DNA of 44,616 nucleotides from Escherichia phage phiv205-1: sequence record MN340231.1; one strand, 5' to 3'. Shown piece by piece: positions 39,867 to 44,616 of this stretch (position 1 is its first letter; each line of letters starts with the position of its first letter). The notes under the pieces were generated by a model. It saw only the letters and a program-made list of their open reading frames with translations, ran no database searches and was not told where the DNA came from. The position numbers and the translations under genes were made by a program.

Positions 39867-39967
39867 TGGTGACCGCGAAGGAATGCGGGTATGCCTTAAT
39901 TTGTCCCGAGTCGAAGTATTAAATCAGCGTTATTTCCTTGGGCCGTGTCCATTCTGAGAGCAATCAT

Positions 39968-40573
39968 ATGAGCAAAGAATTTTACGCAAGACTGGCAGCT
40001 ATTCAGGAGAATCTGAACGCGCCAAAGAATCAGTACAACTCATTCGGCAAATATAAATACAGAAGCTGCGAAGATATTCTTGAAGGCGTTAAGCCGTTAC
40101 TGAACGGTCTGTTTTTATCAATCAGCGATGAAGTTGTGTTGATTGGTGATCGGTATTACGTGAAAGCCACGGCAACTATTACCGATGGCGAAAACAGTCA
40201 TACGGCAACCGCTCTTGCACGAGAGGAAGAAAGCAAGAAAGGAATGGATTCTGCACAAGTTACGGGAGCTACAAGCTCTTATGCACGCAAGTATTGCCTC
40301 AATGGTTTGTTCGGCATTGATGATGCGAAAGATGCAGATACAGACGAGCATAAACATCAGCAGAACGCAGCAGCAAAGCAATCAAAACCATCACTTACAC
40401 CTGAACAGGTTCTAAAAGCATTCACTGACGCAGCAATGCAGAAAAACACCGTAGAAGAGCTTAAACAGGCGTTCGCCAAAGCGTGGAAGATGCTCGAAGG
40501 GACGCCGGAGCAGCACAAAGCGCAGGACGTTTACAACATCAGACGAGACGAATTAGAAGGGGCAACTGCTTAA
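39968..40573 (+). CDS. erf: Single-strand annealing recombinase Erf
   Basis: MSKEFYARLA.IQE.LNAPKNQYNSFGKYKYRSCEDILEGVKPLL matches P22 Erf by recall. Confidence 0.9.
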   Translation: MSKEFYARLAAIQENLNAPKNQYNSFGKYKYRSCEDILEGVKPLLNGLFLSISDEVVLIGDRYYVKATATITDGENSHTATALAREEESKKGMDSAQVTGATSSYARKYCLNGLFGIDDAKDADTDEHKHQQNAAAKQSKPSLTPEQVLKAFTDAAMQKNTVEELKQAFAKAWKMLEGTPEQHKAQDVYNIRRDELEGATA

Positions 40574-40956
40574 TGGCACATTCGATTACAGTAAGACTAA
40601 ACAAACCCGCAAGAGAGTTTCAGGGCGGGGAAAATATCGGATTCAACATCCGTGCTGGCGTTCAGTATTACGATCGCCAGACAAAAAAGAAAGAATGGAC
40701 AAACTACAGCGCCGTTGTATTTGCCAAGCCGGGAGCGCAAGCGGATTACTATCGTAGCGTTCTGGTTGAAGGAGGCATTGTAGAAATTACCGGAGAAAAC
40801 ATCAGGGTTGATGTTTATCAGGGGCAAAATGGTCAATCAATCACTCTTGAATTACTGAATGCAAAGATTGGATTTGCAACTTCAGGAAACAGCCAACAGC
40901 AGCAAAGTAGCAATCATCAAAATAATCCTGAATACGACGATTCCATCCCATTCTGA
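40573..40956 (+). CDS. SSB-like single-stranded DNA-binding protein
   Basis: 127 aa; glutamine-rich linker and C-terminal acidic tail ending DDSIPF as in bacterial SSB. Confidence 0.7.
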   Translation: MAHSITVRLNKPAREFQGGENIGFNIRAGVQYYDRQTKKKEWTNYSAVVFAKPGAQADYYRSVLVEGGIVEITGENIRVDVYQGQNGQSITLELLNAKIGFATSGNSQQQQSSNHQNNPEYDDSIPF

Positions 40957-40979
40957 TTTAGAAAAATAAGGATTTAATT

Positions 40980-41276
40980 ATGCCAGCGCCTTTGTATGGT
41001 GCGGATGACCCGCGCCGCTGTTCCGGCAATTCCGTATCGGAGGTGCTGGATAAATTCAGAAAAAACTACGATCGAATAATGTCTCTACCGCAGGAAACGA
41101 AAGAGGAAAAGGAATTTCGCCACTGTATATGGCTTGCAGAGAAAGAAGAACGCGAGCGAATTTACCAGACATCAATCCGACCATTCCGCAAAGCCACATA
41201 TACCCACTTCCCTGAATATATCGACCCGCGCCTGCGTAATTACCGCTCACGCTATGGCGCTATCAGTAATGACTGA
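40980..41276 (+). CDS. Hypothetical protein, possibly Abc2-like anti-RecBCD
   Basis: 98 aa, at the position and size of P22 abc2 downstream of erf; identity not verified. Confidence 0.4.
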   Translation: MPAPLYGADDPRRCSGNSVSEVLDKFRKNYDRIMSLPQETKEEKEFRHCIWLAEKEERERIYQTSIRPFRKATYTHFPEYIDPRLRNYRSRYGAISND

Positions 41277-41352
41277 GGAATTTACCATGAGAGGACTTGC
41301 TTAAGAGAAAGAGTTTCGGTTCTGTTAATGACAACAAATATCTGAATGCGAT

Positions 41353-41889
41353 GTGGCGGAGTGGGAAGAAATGAAACAAATGTCACTAATTGAGATGGAT
41401 GGTTTTCTGAAAGGTAAATGCATCCCAAGTGATTTAAAGGTTAACGAAACAAACGCTGAATACCTTGTCCGTAAGTTCGGTGAACTTGAATCAAAACTGG
41501 AAACGGCGTTGCGGGAGTGTAGTTCTGCTGGAATCACGATTGATAACCTTGAGGCTAAATGCGCGAAGATGGCTGCTGAAAATACCTCACTTAAGCAATC
41601 TGAGAAGGAATTTAATGACTTTTGTCGTGAGGAGTTTAGCGAATGGGAAGATGATGTTACTGAAACCCCAGCCACCGATGCTTTTCTGGCTGAAGTGCGG
41701 GCGCAGGGGGTGGATGCTGCTATAGAAGCTGCAAAAAATCTGGTGGCCCAAGAATATGAGTATAAGGATTTCAAAGCGGCGCAGAGTGATTGCTGTATGC
41801 ACCCTGGTTCAGACCTGGTAGGGAAGGTTGAAATGACTGAGTGGTTAGTTGACTTTGCTGCCCAGCTTCGCAAAGGAGGCAACCAGTGA
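41353..41889 (+). CDS. Hypothetical early-region protein
   Basis: 178-aa ORF, acidic, coiled-coil-like. Confidence 0.45.
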   Translation: MAEWEEMKQMSLIEMDGFLKGKCIPSDLKVNETNAEYLVRKFGELESKLETALRECSSAGITIDNLEAKCAKMAAENTSLKQSEKEFNDFCREEFSEWEDDVTETPATDAFLAEVRAQGVDAAIEAAKNLVAQEYEYKDFKAAQSDCCMHPGSDLVGKVEMTEWLVDFAAQLRKGGNQ

Positions 41890-42185
41890 CTGTATGTCTT
41901 ATTGATAAACGTCGACGTGGGCAACAAATACCATCTGTTGAAATGCCGAATCACACATGGTTTTGCGTACTTGATATCGATGGTATGGATACGTTGGTTA
42001 ACACTCGTCATTACTGCGATACCGCAACAGCTACTCCGGCGAAAGCAAAGAAAATGGCTGCTCTGATAGAAAACTGGACTCCACCTGATGGTTGGTGCAA
42101 TGGGAATGATCGAGATTGGCACGAAAAAATGAAGGGCTATATCTGCGATTTTTTACGTAAATGCAACGGCTTCAGGGGGATGTGA
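41886..42185 (+). CDS. Hypothetical early-region protein
   Basis: 99-aa ORF with 4-nt overlap coupling. Confidence 0.45.
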   Translation: MTVCLIDKRRRGQQIPSVEMPNHTWFCVLDIDGMDTLVNTRHYCDTATATPAKAKKMAALIENWTPPDGWCNGNDRDWHEKMKGYICDFLRKCNGFRGM

Positions 42186-42186
42186 T

Positions 42187-42759
42187 ATGACCAAAATTAA
42201 CTATCAGGCACTGCGTGAGGCGGCAGAACGTGCAATTCCGGCAATGGAACGCCTGTTAATGTTGCCAGTTGATGATGATTTGTTAAGTGAACAGGAACTT
42301 AAGGATTACGGTGTGGATATTGATGCGCTCAACGCCTTCAAATTTCTGACCGGACCAGAAACCGTGCTGGCGCTGCTGGATGAACGGGAAAGAAACCAGC
42401 AATACATCAAACGCCGCGACCAGGAGAACGAGGAAATTGCGCTAACGGTAGGGAAGCTGCGCGTTGAGCTGGAAGCTGCAGAGAAGCGCATTGCAGAACT
42501 GGAAGCCGAACCTGTAAGCCAAACTTACAAGTTGAACGAGCTGTCGGGCAACTATCCGGTAACTCCGGATGGTTGGATAAGCTGTAGTGAGCGAATGCCC
42601 GCTCAAGATGATTGGATTTTAATTTATTCAAAGCACGGCGAGTATATGGCAGGACAGGTACAAGGGGAATACGTGGAGTTGAGCGACGGCACTTTATCGT
42701 GGTTAGGGAACGCCTTGTACTGGATGCCTCTACCGGAACCGCCGCAGGAGGTTAATTGA
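42187..42759 (+). CDS. Hypothetical Ead/Ea22-like protein
   Basis: 190 aa; coiled-coil middle, Trp-rich C-terminus. Confidence 0.45.
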   Translation: MTKINYQALREAAERAIPAMERLLMLPVDDDLLSEQELKDYGVDIDALNAFKFLTGPETVLALLDERERNQQYIKRRDQENEEIALTVGKLRVELEAAEKRIAELEAEPVSQTYKLNELSGNYPVTPDGWISCSERMPAQDDWILIYSKHGEYMAGQVQGEYVELSDGTLSWLGNALYWMPLPEPPQEVN

Positions 42760-43043
42760 TGGTCTCCTTCGCGAAATATACGATTATTGACTGGATAGCA
42801 TTCATTCAGGTTTTGCTCATCTGGTTTTATATGGCTTACAGGAGTGGACAGTGGATTGTCAGTGTAGCCTGTAGCAATGGATGGCGTTGGTGGAACCGAA
42901 AGAATAAAAAAGCGCTGGCCTTGGCTTCGTTTTACGAAGCATTCAATCTTAACAGTCTTCAGCCTGGTTCTGTCGTTGTAGTCACCACTCAAAGCGGCAT
43001 GACGATACAAATTCACAAGCCAAAGGAGGAAGGTCGTGGCTAA
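42756..43043 (+). CDS. Hypothetical protein
   Basis: 95-aa ORF, coupled. Confidence 0.4.
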   Translation: MMVSFAKYTIIDWIAFIQVLLIWFYMAYRSGQWIVSVACSNGWRWWNRKNKKALALASFYEAFNLNSLQPGSVVVVTTQSGMTIQIHKPKEEGRG

Positions 43044-43320
43044 CCTGCAACTTGCCGTTAAAGGTGAATACTTCGATGCCATGATTCGCGGAGAGAAAAC
43101 GGAAGAGTATCGCCTGTGTAATGACTACTGGAATAAGCGAATTATGTTCCGCGAGTATGACCGCCTGATTATCACAAAGGGATATCCGAAGCGCGACGAT
43201 TCCAGCCGCAGAATTGACGTCCCGTATGACGGATATGAAATCAAGACAATCACACATCCGCACTTCGGCGATAAACCGGTAAAGGTGTTCGCTATAAAGG
43301 TGAATATCGACAATGAATGA
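43036..43320 (+). CDS. Hypothetical protein
   Basis: 94-aa ORF. Confidence 0.45.
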   Translation: MANLQLAVKGEYFDAMIRGEKTEEYRLCNDYWNKRIMFREYDRLIITKGYPKRDDSSRRIDVPYDGYEIKTITHPHFGDKPVKVFAIKVNIDNE

Positions 43321-43392
43321 TAATCCTCGCACTCGCGGGGATTTCTTTTATCTGAACTCGCTACGGCGGGTTTTGTTTTATGGAGATGATAA

Positions 43393-43560
43393 ATGCACTT
43401 CCGAGTCACAGGTGAATGGAATGGAGAGCCATTCAACAGAGTTATCGAAGCAGAGAACATCAACGACTGCTATGACCACTGGATGCTGTGGGCGCAGATA
43501 GCACATGCAGACGTAACTAATATTCGAATTGAAGAACTGAAAGAACACCAAGCCGCCTGA
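43393..43560 (+). CDS. Small hypothetical protein (55 aa)
   Basis: GGAG Shine-Dalgarno 7 nt before ATG; ends at a terminator; MHFRVTGEWNGEPFNRVIEAENINDCYDHWMLWAQIAHADV... Confidence 0.45.
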   Translation: MHFRVTGEWNGEPFNRVIEAENINDCYDHWMLWAQIAHADVTNIRIEELKEHQAA

Positions 43561-43573
43561 TGGCGGTTTTTTA
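43552..43573 (+). terminator. Rho-independent terminator
   Basis: gccgcc-tgat-ggcggt followed by T6. Confidence 0.5.
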
Positions 43574-43582
43574 TTGCCTGAT

Positions 43583-43598
43583 TTGCAGGTTCGATTCC
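43583..43598. repeat. 16-bp exact copy of argW positions 1054..1069 (ttgcaggttcgattcc) just upstream of torI
   Basis: Exact match; adjoins in the tRNA the 17-bp core that reappears at 43892..43908. Confidence 0.7.
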
Positions 43599-43617
43599 CT
43601 ATTCGGAGATAGCACTC

Positions 43618-43818
43618 ATGCAACACGAACTACAACCTGATTCACTGGTTGATTTGAAATTCATCATGGCCGATACTGGCTTCGGTAAAACCTTCATCTA
43701 TGACCGGATTAAGTCCGGCGACCTGCCAAAAGCCAAAGTTATCCACGGGCGAGCAAGATGGTTATATCGTGACCATTGTGAATTCAAAAATAAGCTCTTA
43801 AGCCGCGCCAATGGGTAA
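43618..43818 (+). CDS. torI: Excisionase / recombination directionality factor TorI-like
   Basis: 66 aa MQHELQPDSLVDLKFIMADTGFGKTFIYDRIKSGDLPKAKVIHGRARWLYRDHCEFKNKLLSRANG, matching recalled KplE1 TorI; adjacent to right junction. Confidence 0.85.
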   Translation: MQHELQPDSLVDLKFIMADTGFGKTFIYDRIKSGDLPKAKVIHGRARWLYRDHCEFKNKLLSRANG

Positions 43819-43844
43819 AATAGCGGGTAAAATATTTCTCACAT

Positions 43845-44006
43845 CTAAAAAACACCATTCCAATCAATCCCCTGCCGCCTAAAGTAGATGTCTGCAGGGG
43901 ACACCATTCTTGTGTTTATCCCTAAAACCACGTAAAAACCGTAAATTATTAAATTCGCACTAGCAATGCCGAATAAGGCACACCAGAAACTCGTGGTCTT
44001 ATTCAT
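43845..44006 (-). CDS. Questionable small ORF (53 aa) spanning the right junction
   Basis: ATG overlaps dsdC stop (TAATG); hydrophobic N-terminus; C-terminus encoded across the core repeat. Confidence 0.2.
   Translation of the reverse strand: MNKTTSFWCALFGIASANLIIYGFYVVLGINTRMVSPADIYFRRQGIDWNGVF
43892..43908. repeat. Right prophage junction core, 17-bp copy of the argW 3' end
   Basis: Exact match to 1069..1085. Confidence 0.8.
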
Positions 44007-44616
44007 TATGAAGTGGTTTTTACCTGTTCTCTTAACCAAGTAATAAATGCCTCAATTTTTGGCCACTGCCTGCCCGGTAATGTAGTGATGTAATAATGCT
44101 GATGGCATTTCACCGTCATATCGCCAAACGGCGCGACGAGCTCACCACTGGCAAGCCTTTTTTGTACCAGACGTTTCCTTCCCATCGCCACCCCAATATG
44201 ATTCATCGCGGCGATAACGGCTAAATCAGAGCGATCAAAGCCAATTCCAGAAGATGTCGGCAAATTAACCGCATAATGTTGCGCCCAACTATGCCATTCA
44301 TCCGTACCGGAGTCGTTGCTCCATGCCTGTCTGTCATGGAGCAACGTACAGTGACGCAGGTTAATTACCGTGTTGGTTAAATCATGTCTATGAGCGTACT
44401 CCGGGCTGCAAACTGGCAGGATTTCTTCATCCATCAGAAAGTGATGAGCCAATTGCGCTGACGGCGCATCATCAAAGTAGATCGCCAAATCGATTCCGGC
44501 ACGTTGCAAATTGACATTGTCATTACCAGTGAGCACGGTGAGCGAAATAGACGGATATCGGCGTGTAAAGTCACCTAATGCGGGCACCAACCAGCATTGG
44601 GCGATAGAGGGCCGGG
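44006..44616 (-). CDS. dsdC: LysR-family regulator DsdC, 3' portion (gene continues past window end)
   Basis: C-terminal LysR substrate-binding domain sequence; known neighbour of the argW prophage site in E. coli. Confidence 0.85.
   Translation of the reverse strand, partial: RPSIAQCWLVPALGDFTRRYPSISLTVLTGNDNVNLQRAGIDLAIYFDDAPSAQLAHHFLMDEEILPVCSPEYAHRHDLTNTVINLRHCTLLHDRQAWSNDSGTDEWHSWAQHYAVNLPTSSGIGFDRSDLAVIAAMNHIGVAMGRKRLVQKRLASGELVAPFGDMTVKCHQHYYITTLPGRQWPKIEAFITWLREQVKTTS

Overview
The window is an Escherichia coli chromosomal segment, yfdC – argW tRNA-Arg(CCU) – a ~42.8 kb P22-family prophage (about 1069..43908) – dsdC. The prophage is bounded by a 17-bp direct repeat of the tRNA 3' end (ctgcaggggacaccatt), with an IntS-type integrase at the left end and a TorI-type excisionase at the right end. 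The content matches the K1-capsule converting phage CUS-3: a hexapeptide-repeat O-acetyltransferase (neuO) with 18 heptanucleotide repeats at its 5' end, an endosialidase-type tailspike, the P22 immI region (ant/arc/mnt), and P22-like ejection, tail, coat, scaffold, portal and terminase genes. The lysis/late-control module (Rz/Rz1, R, S, pR'-tR', Q) and nin genes are lambda-like, next to a P22-type replication and immunity region (helicase, O-like, cII-like, cro, c2, N) and an erf/ssb recombination region. Points outside the standard map: (1) an IS66-family element (2442 bp, 8-bp target duplication) splits the tailspike gene, so the prophage is probably unable to make virions while neuO is in-frame; (2) between mnt and the ejection genes, where P22 carries sieA, sits a cluster of a ClpP-like protease co-transcribed with mnt, a Panacea (DUF4065)-domain gene carrying a frameshift followed 4 nt later by an unrecognised 139-aa ORF, and a small hydrophobic ORF, which is the best candidate here for an uncharacterised exclusion or defence function; (3) two tRNA-like genes lie in the Q–S late leader; (4) the 3' 32 nt of argW reappear at the right end split around torI; (5) an ER/K-rich gene carries an in-frame TAA. 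All identifications are by reading the sequence and recalled homology; no searches were run.
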